DNA of 64,000 nt from Strigamia acuminata (lineage: Eukaryota). Under the pieces are notes generated by a model, which saw only the letters and a program-made list of their open reading frames with translations, made no database searches and was not told the origin of the DNA. Positions 25,601-37,600 of the stretch are shown piece after piece (position 1 is the stretch's first letter; every line of letters starts with the position of its first letter). The DNA lies in assembly GCA_949358305.1 (NCBI GenBank), contig OX442314.1, forward strand, positions 15,438,001 to 15,502,000. The letters run 5' to 3'. A program made the position numbers and the translations under genes.

Positions 25601-28600
25601 CCAAGACGTTCGTCGACTACAAGAAGCCGACGCGTAACGACAAAATAGCCTCAGCCAATGCATTGACTACCAACGTTTCATCATCCAGTTGCGTATTCTG
25701 CGACGATGCGTCGCACAAGAAGGAAGATTGTCCGCTCAACATTCCAGATCGATTGAAGCGGTGCATGACGAAACGAACGTGTTTTAGATGTTTGGGCAGC
25801 AAACATATGGCACGCAGCTGTCCCCAGAAAGAGAAGTGTGTGAACTGCGAGCGGTTCCACCATATCCTGTTGTGCGAGACACCGACTACCAAGCCAGAGA
25901 CCGTTCTTGTGTCGACGTTGACAGCAGCAGCAATTACAGCAGAGAACACTGACTTATTTTTGCAAGTATTAATGACAAATGTGGAATCCAACTGTAAAAC
26001 CAAGGCGGTGCAGTGCATGTTTGATGGCGGAAGCCACAGATCGTTTATTAGCCAGAAACTAGTGAATGAACTCGATGCCCAAGTAGTGGGAAAGCAGAAC
26101 ATGCAGATTTCTAGTTTTGGCGATTCCAAAACTGAAAGCGTTTGTCGTCGTCGCGTAAAAGTGACTTTGCGAAATATAACTGATACTAATAAATTTATTG
26201 ATCTAGAATTAATTGAAGTACCAAGAATAACTCACTCAGTCGCGAGGCAGTCAGGACCAAACGTGCGCGAGATGTTGCGCAAACACAAGATCGCGTTAAA
26301 CATCGACCAGATGTCGACCCAGCAAGACGAGGTGGCAATTTTAATTGGAGCGGACCACTTTTGGCGTATCGTAACAGGCGAATCAAAACGTTTAGATGAG
26401 GGATTGATGTGTCTTCACACGTCTCTCGGTTGGACAATCCACGGCGCGATCAGAAGCCAAGATGAAACGGTTAGACAGTCAGCAACCCACGTGAATCTTG
26501 TGCAGTACGAAGACCGACTCGACCACCTTCTTCAACGTTTTTGGGAGTTGGAAGCAGTAGGCATCCCCCACGAAACTCTCACCAGCGCCCAGGACGAAGA
26601 TGATCAAGCAGTAGCAAAATTTAAAGAGTCCATCAACTGGACGGGTGAGCGGTACGAGGTGCGACTGCCTTGGTTGCTGGACAAATCAGAGTTGGACAGC
26701 AACTATCAAATTGCACTTAAGAGACTGTGGAATCTTGTTCGCAAGTTTAAACAAAATCCGGACTTGTACCACCGCTATAAGAAGGTTCTGGACGACCAGA
26801 AAATCGCTGGAATAATCGAAACGGCCCCAGAAGTAGCCAACCAGACTGGGTGTTACTACCTCCCACATCGACCAGTAATTCGAGAGCGGAGAAGCACCAC
26901 AAAATTGCGCATAGTCTACGACGCCTCGTCGCACGCGCAGAAGAGTCGCTCTCTCAACGACTGCCTGTTTACAGGGCCGAATCTCCTTCCAGAATTAATC
27001 AATGCCCTTTTATTTTTCAGACAATTCATTGTGGCATTGATTGGAGACATTAAACAAGCGTTTCATCAAATTTTGCTGGCGTTAGCTGACCGAGATGCGG
27101 TGAGGTTTCTGTGGATCGCGGATGGATGGGACGTTGAAGGACCAATCGTGTTGGAGATTCTCCGACAAACCAGAGTCCTATTTGGAGCATCTCCAAGTCC
27201 CTATCTCTTGAACGGAACGATACAACACCATCTCGAACAATATGCAGATCGTTTTCCCGAATTAATTATGAAATTGTTAAAGAGATTTTATGTTGATGAC
27301 TTTTTGAACAGTGAAAAGACAACAACAGAAGCCATTGATGTCTACAAGAAGACGTCAACCATCATGCTCGAAGCCAATATGGAGCTGGTGAAATGGTACA
27401 GCAATTCCCCAGTGCTACGAGAGCAATTTGCTGCTGACCATCCAACTGCAACGTTCGAGGATGAGCAAAAAGTGTTGGGGTTAAAGTGGAACGGCGTTAG
27501 AGACGATTTATCACTGGAACTCGAGGATGTGAGGGCAACTTTAGAACGTGATTCGAACACTAAACGTCAGGTTATTCAGTTGGTTGCACAGATATTCGAT
27601 CCTTTAGGATTTGCTTCGCCGTTTACAGTTTCAGGAAAGCTGTTTTTCCAGCAGTTGTGGAAGTTGCAGATTGGGTGGGACAATCGTGTCCCCCTCGAAC
27701 TTATCGAACAATGGGAGAAATGGAAAGTGCAGTTGCCATTGTTAGAACATATTCGCGTGCCACGGCATTTTGGCTTGGATGCAGACCTGAACAATCACGA
27801 AATCCACCTTTTTTGTGATGCAAGCCCCTTAGCGTACGGGGTGGTGGCGTACAATCGTGTGCGTCACCCAAATGGAAGTTGTAATGTATTTTTTATTCTT
27901 TCCAAATGCAGGATCGCACCAATTAAGACGATTACGTTGCCCAGACTCGAGTTGATGGGAGCTTTGCTGCTGGCCAGAATTGCGCACAGACTGAAACAAT
28001 TCACCACTGCAAAAGTTACAGCTTGGACAGATTCGACAATCGTTTTGTGTTGGTTGAACGAGAAAAGGAAAGCCATTCCATTCGTAGCCAGGAGAGTGGA
28101 GGAAATCCAGATACACGTACCTTTTTCGAGTTGGCGACACTGTCCAGGAGTCCAGAATCCAGCAGACCTTCTAACACGAGGGATAGATGCAGAGGCGTTG
28201 ATTCAAGCGAATACGTGGTGGAATGGCCCCGAGTGGCTTGTGAAGGACGAGAACGAATGGCCAGACATTAAAATAGACGAGAATAGCGACGAGATCGATT
28301 CAGAGGACTATTTGGCAGCAGCAGCCGTGATTCCAGAGCCACCATTGATGGACGAGCCATCAAAATACGGCAGCTGGAGACGATTAGTACGAGTGACCGG
28401 ATGGGTGCAAAGATTCGTCAAAAACACCAGAGACAAAGTTAGAAATGGCGCACCGTTGACGGTGGATGAATTATCGGCAGCAGAGCTTTATTGGCTTCGT
28501 GTAATGCAACAATCGAACTTTGCAACAGAACTCGCAGCACTCAGCCATCGTCAGGAGTTCGCTCATAACTCTTTTTTGAACAAAGTCTCGTGTTATATAG

Positions 28601-31600
28601 ACGAAAATGGTTTAATGCGATTGAATACCAGATTGCGATGGGCAAAAATCGACAGCAACATGAAAAATCCTTATGTTTTGCCCTCAAATCACATTTTAAC
28701 CACTCTTATCGTTTCAGAAGCACATCAAAGAATTTTCCACGGTGGACTTGGAGAGACTTTGGCAGAAATTCGTCAAAAGTTTTGGATGCCAAAGCTGAGA
28801 AGGACAGTAAAAAGCGTGTTACACAAATGTTTCGTGTGCAAGCGAGTGCAAGGACGTTTCGTGCGCCAGACAGAATCATCGTTGCCACCAGATCGTGTCA
28901 CTCAAGCTGAGCCATTTCAAGTCGTTGGAGTCGACTTCGCGGGCCCATTGTACCAACGTAGTGGAGAAAAATGCTACATCGTCGTGTTCACGTGTGCGGT
29001 TGTTCGAGCCGTGCACTTGGAATTAGTTTCAAGCATGAATACGGAGCGATTCATTCAGGCATTGAAACGATTTTTTGCGCGCAGAGGAGTCCCAAGCACG
29101 ATCTACTCCGACAATGCGCTGACGTTCAAGCGAACAGAGAAAGAACTTTGTGTTTTGTTGAATGCAGTGAGAGGTGAACAGATACAAGGATTTCTGACCG
29201 AACGAGGCGTGAAATGGCAGTATATAGTCGAACGTGCACCGTGGTGGGGTGGCTTTTGGGAGCGAATGGTGAAGTCAACTAAGTCCAGCTTGAAAAAAGT
29301 CTTGGGAAAGTCATCCCTAGATTTTGAAGAATTGACAACCATTCTCTCGGAAGTCGAGTCGTGCATAAATTCGCGACCACTCTCCTACGTATACACTGAA
29401 GACGAAGACAGTCACCCACTCACTCCAGCTCATTTTCTGGTCGGAAAACGAAGCTGTACTTTGCCAGACCCCAGCCAAAAAACGATTCAACAGTTGCCAT
29501 CGACATCAGTCACGATTTTGAAGCGTTGGAAACTCCGTCAACTGAAGTTAGGACATTGGTGGACGCGATGGCAAAAGGAATATCTCACCGAGCTGAGAGT
29601 TCACCGTAAAAATGATAAGAATTCACGAGAAGTTAAACAAGGAGATGTAGTTCTCGTAGAAGAGTTAAACCAGCCCAGGATGACCTGGAAAATAGGAAGA
29701 GTCGTTGAGATATTCCGTGGACGAGACGGTCGTGTTCGCGCATGTGAGATAAAGTTACCAGTCGGAAAGAACTTGCGTCGACCAGTACAGCGATTGTGCG
29801 TTCTGGAAACTCACGACATGGAAGAGTTGAGTGGTGATACCACTCCGGCCCCAGTGTGAAAACTGGCGTTGTTAGAAGTAACAAGGTCGCACGAGTTCGA
29901 GGGAAAGAGCACGGCGCAGCACAGAGAAGCCAACCTGCAGGAGGTGTTTTTGAGTGATATTGGATGACGCGTGACCGGAAGTGCTGTAAAAGTGTCATAA
30001 ATTATCTTGTTTCACCCTTTGTTCCCCTGAATTTGTACTTGTGACCCCCAGAAATTACAATAAACTTGTTCTTAACCCAAAAAAGACATGCTTTATTTCG
30101 AGAATTCATAAAAGTTAGAAAAGTAGTAAATTTACACAGTTTTAGTCAAAATTAGTTACAAATCGACTTTGCGAATCTTCAAAGTTTATAGAAAAAAAAA
30201 ATCGCCAGATTCATTCGTTTGACCGCAATTTGTATTATGTGATTTTGAAATGTTAATCAAGAACACGAACTTTGTTGTGATCAATGACCCCAGAAGTAAA
30301 TGCTTAAGATAATGTAAATTTCACTCACCGTAGACTGAAATAGGTGCCGTGTGCGTTGTATTACCCGCTTTATTGCCAGCAGTACACGCAAACAAGCCTC
30401 CATCCTCCACTTGTACCCGACTGATGTTCACGTGGCTAATCACATTCCCATTCATATCACTGTATTCTCCTACTCTGATTCGGTCCCCGGGGTGTACAAA
30501 TGTGTCGTCCACATTCCAAATCACTTTTGGAACCGGAATACCCGCCGCAATACATCGCAATGATAAACTCGCGCCAGGATTCAATGTATGCGATTTGAAA
30601 CCTGATAAAATTTCTGGCGAACTATCTGCAAAACACAACAGTTATTATTAGATTAAAAAATGCAACACCTAATCAAATTGTACACAAAGCACAAACTGAA
30701 ACGTTTTATATACAATTCGATTAAACGGAGGCGCTTCACGAATTAAGTTTTATGATCCAAACTGAAATTGAATGGCATTTTTTTCACTCAAACAAAAATA
30801 AAATAAAATAAATAAAAAGAACCATAAAATTTGACATTTCTAGAGCACCTTAATATTTAAAAGGAAGAGTTCAGTTTTAAGAATGTCGTTCCTGCAACCA
30901 GTCGATGGCAGTTGACCTGCAGTAAGGAAAATGGACGAGGCGTCTTCTCTTCCATTTGCTCCCAGGAAGATTCCAACTTCCATCTTCCTTAAAGCTGATA
31001 AATTTTGTTCAAAACAAAATGGGACCACGAGAAATTTTATGTTTTCTTATTCAGCTTAAAGATTTCATTTTCAAATAATTTTTTAGCAAATAAAAAAAAA
31101 GAAAAAACAACTAAAAAAACAGCGACATGCAAATTAAAATGTGCGCATTGGATCTCTCGCTCTGGTAATGACTGCGGGCTTAAAAATATATTCCTTGATG
31201 AGTTTTCTACGTGAACTCATTGGGAATTTAAAAAATATATATACAAAATAACAAGGCTAATTAATTTCAATACGGAACGTCTTTCAGCTAACAAACTAGA
31301 GATGAAATAAATAAACATCCAGACTCACCACCGAGCCTTAATTCTGCAGTCGACTGCACTGTTTCCACATTATTCGTAACAAAGCACTGATACATTCCAG
31401 AATCCTCACGATGGACTCGCTCAATCTGCAACATATCCCTTCGCAAAATATTCTCTTTCTTTACGTCTCGTCCATCTTTAAGCCAAACCACCGAGCTGAT
31501 TGGATGTCCTGATATAACGCATGTAAATTTTGCCTTAAGTCCACGGTCCAAAATTTGTTGAACCGGTTCGATGTGAACCGATAATGGAACTATTAAAGCA

Positions 31601-34600
31601 AAAAAAAAATAATTTTTTTGATTAATTGAAAAAAAAAAATATTTTTTTTTCGATGTTCTAAGAGCGACCATTAACGATGAGAGACGTTTCTATTCTTTCC
31701 GTGCCCAGACTGTTACTTGCACTGCACACAAATGTTCCTGCGTCTTCAGGTTGTACATGATCGATAATGAGCAGTCCGTGCACCTGGTGCAGTCGCGATT
31801 CGGAGATGGCAGTTACCTGTTGACCTGAATCCACTTTGTGGTGCCAGCTGCGAAAACAAGTTGCAAATATTCAGTACCTGTGGTGTGTGTTCATCACTTC
31901 AACACAATGACGTAAACATGTTTTGCACCCAAGTTACTACTAATATAAAATGTGCGAATATTTTCATTTTCAATCTCAGATTAAAATATTTTTCTTTCAT
32001 TGTATGTCATTCATTCTTATCTTCATTTATTTCCTTGTCATCCTTACCATCTTATCTTGTCTCATTAAACATCTAAGACGACTTTCAAAAAGGATGAATG
32101 TTCATTTAACGATGAGGAGGGGGGAAAAGACTGTATCGGACGACAACTGACCTGTAAGAGGGCGCTGGATGGCCCTGAGCCGCACAAGCGAGGACGACCA
32201 TCTCGCGCTCTTTGGCTTGGACTATTGATTTGCCGTCAGTAATCCTCGGGGGAACGCTTCCGTTGGGATCTGAATAATTACACACAAGCACCAATTGTAG
32301 TAGCAATAAGAGAATAAAAGAAAAAAAAAAACTTTTTCACGATGGATTGTATTGAGTTACTCGTTACACGTTAAAGACGTGAGGAAAATACGAAAAAAGT
32401 TAAACAAACAACGTTAAATCTTTAAATAGTTTCAGCGGTGTAATGAAAAGAAGATCATGTTGCGAAAAGGAAAGAGGAAGACACGCTGCGCGAGTAGTTG
32501 TTGTTGTTTCAGCTGACATGTTATTTTTGCTTTTATGATATGGTGCGTGAATTCAAAAAGAGAAACATTTTCACGGGTTGTTCAAAACAAAAACCCTCTA
32601 AAAGCAATATACAGAAAAAACGAAGCATGAAACGTGTTTAAAACGCGTTTCGGCTGAATCTATTTTCGATTGCAGTTGCTGAAAGAGAGCTTATGAATGA
32701 CAAATTGGGAAACTTGATGTGTCCACGTGATTTCACGCTTCCCATTTCATGCAGGAATGAGAAAATATCCTGATATAATCAAAATAATTATTAGATTTAG
32801 TTCTAGCATCTTTAGTTTCAGAGAAAAGTTAATAAAACTATTGGAAATAATGCTACCAGTAAGAAAAATATCCAAAATATATATAAAAAGAAACCGCTGC
32901 ACAAGAAATTCACCTGTAACGACTAATTTCCCAGCAGTTGCGCTCAGCTTGGCTTCTCCACTTAACCAATGAACAGTCCGACAATGATACGTATGTAATG
33001 CATCTTGGGTACTCACATTGTGAATGTACAATTCTCCAGAAGGCAAAACGAAAAATTTAGAATCTATAAGAAAAAAATAAATAAAAGTTAACTCAATTTA
33101 AAAATATTTACTGATATTTACGGTACGGCTCTTCATGAATACGTAATGAAGAGACAAGAAAACACATTTGTCTCATACATTATAAAGTAAAACATTTTTA
33201 TGAGCAGACAAAAATCCATTACCAATGGATTTCAGCAACTGAATAAAACAACTGCACTGTAATTTAAGTAAGAAACAGGAAATGGACTATTGTAAGCCAC
33301 TTGCGGTACATTTTAAATGTGATTATCTCGAACAATTAACAATTAAATGCAGAAAATTACTTGGGATTTCTCGTTGCATTTGCATTACTGTTTGCTACAA
33401 GCAGTGAATGGTTTTATGACTAAAGAAAGTTAGAAATACGATAGGAATTTCGTGCAAAGTGGAATTCCAAAGTCGTGTTTACAAAATAAACATCAGAGGT
33501 AATGGAATTTCATTGGCATCATTTTGCCTGCTACGCGCATTCCTGAACACCCAAATAATTTGCTTACCTTTCTTAACGTCAGTTTCAATATTGTCCACCG
33601 AATTGCGCACCCATGATGTTACTGTCACGTAGTCGGCTACGAAACTTGGAATTTGGCACTTGAGAACTGCGGTATTTTCCCGAATAACGTATTCATCGTA
33701 CACCTGTGCGTCGTAAGCTTGAAGAACAACTGTAAACAGCAAAAATTAATTTAAAAATATTCAATATCATGTGAAATAATAACAAAGAATGAAATCAAAA
33801 CATTCCTCTCTATTTTTTACTATAAAAAAATGTTCCTTGTGAATTTTAAAGTTATTTTTAATATTATTAATTCTTTTTTATTTTTCGATTTTTTTTTCTA
33901 ATTCATTCCATTAGTCAAAACCTTAAAAACAAAAAAAAAACTTAAGATATGGATTCCCTTGAAGGCTGCGATCAATTAAATTCTTTGATGCGAAGCTATA
34001 AACATTCTAATTTCATATCGCTAGAGACAAAGAACTTGGCATTTTTAATTTAAAAGTTAAATCTTACCGAGTGAAGCATAAAATATTTGAAAATGTTAAA
34101 ACATAAACAACTCAAGCCGATTTGGACAAGCGTATTCAAAATGCAAACAAGATGCAGACTAAATTTAATATTCACCAACTTTGAACATAAACATGAAAAT
34201 CAAGCAGAGAAAACATCCTCTTAAAACAATCTGCGTAGATTAACTAATACGACAAAAACACCCTAATAAAATGCAATAGTAAAGTTCTCCAGAGCATTCA
34301 CATGGTAAGAGGACTCTTCTGACCCCTTTACTAACAGAAAATTAGAACAGTAATGGGAATTTTATCACTTCAATTCATCAAACCAATTTCCCATCGCTTT
34401 GAGAAGGAAGGAGGATTTTGTAGGCTGAGAAAAAAGTCTGTACTTTCGAACTGCTCTCAGCCAAAGCTCAATAGGATGCACTGGCTTACAATTTATTTTT
34501 AAAGTAAAAAATTGGACTTAACGGTAAATTTAAAAAAAAAAGAAAAGGAAAGATAAATCTTCTGGAAAGATTTAGAGTTAAATTTTATTTTTATTTTCTG

Positions 34601-37600
34601 CTGCATGTGAATATTCGACTACATCGACCATTAATCATAAAGACATTTGGAGTAATTTTTTCCACGTGTTTTTAATACTGTAGTGAATAATTTCAAAATT
34701 CAATGCATTCTCTTAAGGGGAGTTTGTATGTAACTGTATTTTAAATTCATAAGTTTTTACGTCCGTTTTTTTCCATGAAGCTGAAAAATGAGTACGCACT
34801 GCACACAAAAAGGGCAATAAAGAGTTTGTGTTTTCATTTATTCCTTTTTCCTACACCCACTTTATACTTTTTTTGGTCATTAAATTCTACTTAGTATACC
34901 ATTTTAAATTTTTTAAATTAAAAAAGAAACTAGCTCAATTTTTATAATTTAAAAAAAAAAAAAAATTGAAAAACCTGTGCAACTCTCGACGAAAAAATTC
35001 CACACAGACTCAATCCATCAACAACATAAGTGAAATAAGACTTTTCTACGTGAGACGAATATCATTAGGATTCATGCGACAAAATGGCACCGAACTCAAA
35101 AGCGAAAGACGAGAAAAAAAATATAAAATAAAAAAGATGGATTGATGAGAAATGTGCATACAGGAATAAATGACTCGCAAAAAAAATGCTTGGTCCATTT
35201 TTATGTCTAATTTGATTTGAAAACGCACTATGACTGACATCCTAAGATGTTTTTTGGTTATATCACATCAAATTCCAGTCTGTGTAAATACCCCTGGAAT
35301 GATTTTAGTATTCTTGGAGATTACGTTTTCAAAAATAAGATTTTTAAGTGCAGATTTAAAGTAAAAAGTCTTTCATGACATGTCAAAAACTTAGTAAGAA
35401 AACAAATGAGAAGGAAAAGCAAACATTGATCACTCATCATGCAGAAATGAATGTCAAAACAAGAAATGGGAAATGTGAATCAACCTCTTTTTTTTCTCTT
35501 TTTGTTTCTTTCCTATTTTCCCGATGCTTTTAAAACCCCTACCTAAATTCGTTTACTTTCAAGATGATGATCAGATCCAACATGCAGTTTTGGCGGAACT
35601 TCAAAATGCAAACTTTCTAAAACCACAATATCTTTTACAAAATAGGATTCCTTGATAGAAAATGCAAGCGCAAATGTGCAGACGTTTTCAATACCCACAA
35701 TACCACTTGCAGAAGCTTATCACTTCCCAAAATGCCTCTGTATTTATCTCTCAATATCGATTCACTGATAGACCACAAGAGAGGCTGAATCCACACACTG
35801 GCCAAACGGTCATAACTTTCACTTGCCAAAGCATATCTTTCCGATTCTTCAGCACGGCCATTAGACACAGACCATGAGACCCAACCAGTGTGCAAAACTT
35901 TTTTCAATTAACCGAGAGAATATAAGGAATAAATGTAATTAATTCACTCAACTGACAGAATAATTTGCACTAGTGGAATCTCTTAATGCAAAAAATTTCA
36001 CTAAGTCGTTAAGTTCATTCCTGGTTTGATTGAAAAATCAAAAAGGCACTTAGCCACTCTCTTTGTTGCCTAAAGATAATGGAGTTAATAAGCACAATTC
36101 CGGTCATTATTAAGCAATTGCATTCAAATGTAAATTGATTTAGTTGAGTATTCAAGGGACAATAAATGTAATGTTTTTAATACGGAGGCAGCAAATAGTT
36201 GGCCTACACGAGAAACTAGAAACTATTCAAATTTAAAAATTCCAGATTTTCAGCATTTCTCGAACTCTTGCAAGAAGAATTTCTTTATTTCTTTTTTGTT
36301 TACTAGCCAACTAATTCAGAAACAAAATCAAAACCGCATTTTTGCAGGTAGAAAAAAAAATAAAAATTTAGTTTCCCAATTGTGGGAATCTCCACATTAT
36401 TTCTAGGAAACTCGTACAGTATTTCAGAAAATTGTTGCCAAACCAATTTCGCTCGATTATAAACTGTCTTTTACTAGAATAAAAATCGCAACCAAATCGG
36501 ACATTCCTAAGTCTGTGCGGTTTGCTGGTGAGGTGAACCCCATCTTCTTGATTCAGTTCTCGAATATCTTCCTCTTCATGAGTTGGAAAATGATTTTGCC
36601 AAAGCGGTTTACAACAGAAACCGCAGCTCCGGACAAACTACAGACAGCATCTCACTGATACATAAACGCATGTTGACATCCTCCTAAGAGGATTGTGACC
36701 ACATTGTATCAAATCCCGTCAACCTATGGCTAACACAATGAAAACCGTATTACAATTTTGAAAACATCCACTCACTTCACTTCGTACTTTCGCCAGCCAT
36801 CAAATTTATTTTCATATAATCTCATTTAACATTTTTTTTATCCTTCTCTTTCATATAAAACCAAATCACCATTATCATCAACTTCGTAATCTCTTGACAT
36901 ACGCAGCTAATTTCATTATCAATGCAAGTCTAATGACATGACATTTTTCTTGCTAATAACTATAATTCAAGTGACCAATATTCCTCTCGAAATTTGCTCA
37001 ATAAGCTATCGTCTTTAATCATAATTATTATGTAATACGTTCCTCATATCATATTGTATTTTGTCATTAACTCCTTGTCAATATGAGCACAAGCAAAATT
37101 GAAATTTTCTATGCGCAAACTCATAAACTTATTAACTTAGAAGCAAAAAACTTTTAAATTCCAGCATTTTTCACATTAATCTTTCATCTTTCGGCTAATG
37201 CAATAAATAATCCACAAGATAATGGTTTTAAAAATCGGCGGTCAAACAAAATTCTTTATTTTTACAATTGTTGCCACATGGAGTTAAAACCCAAAGAAAA
37301 GAAAAAGTCGAAAATGGAAAAGATGGCAAAGCAAAGGAGGTTGAAAAGCTATGGGGCACTGATTTCGCGCTCCAATGGCTTCGTTTCTCCACACTATGTG
37401 CCATCAAAAGTGAGTTGCTTCAACAACTTAATAAATAATTCAACGAATGCACAACTGCGTGCTCAGCTCACATTGCCATCTCTTTTTCACTCCAATTCAA
37501 AGTGAATGTTGCTTTTCAAAAGTTAAAAGCTCCTCCTCCACCCCTCAAACCTTCCCCTATCATGTCGCCTTCATTAAATCATGCTTACCTGCTCGCACTT

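Larger units (their letters stand above)
24233..30183 (+). mobile_element. Intact BEL/Pao LTR retrotransposon inserted antisense in the Dscam Ig5-Ig6 intron
   Basis: 329-bp direct repeats at 24233-24561 and 29855-30183; 5-bp TSD GTTTA at 24228-24232 and 30184-30188; PBS directly after the 5' LTR; single gag-pol ORF. Confidence 0.97.

Noticed and set aside
24687..29998. Antisense and alternate-frame ORFs within the retrotransposon (similar ones overlap HDAC and Dscam exons)
   Set aside because: Shadow ORFs of real coding sequence with no independent motifs.
33730..37588. Hidden alternative Dscam Ig2 (exon 4-type) cassettes, e.g. ORF 35635-35907
   Set aside because: No Ig-like Cys/Trp pattern or similarity to the 33568-33729 exon in the stretches I translated.
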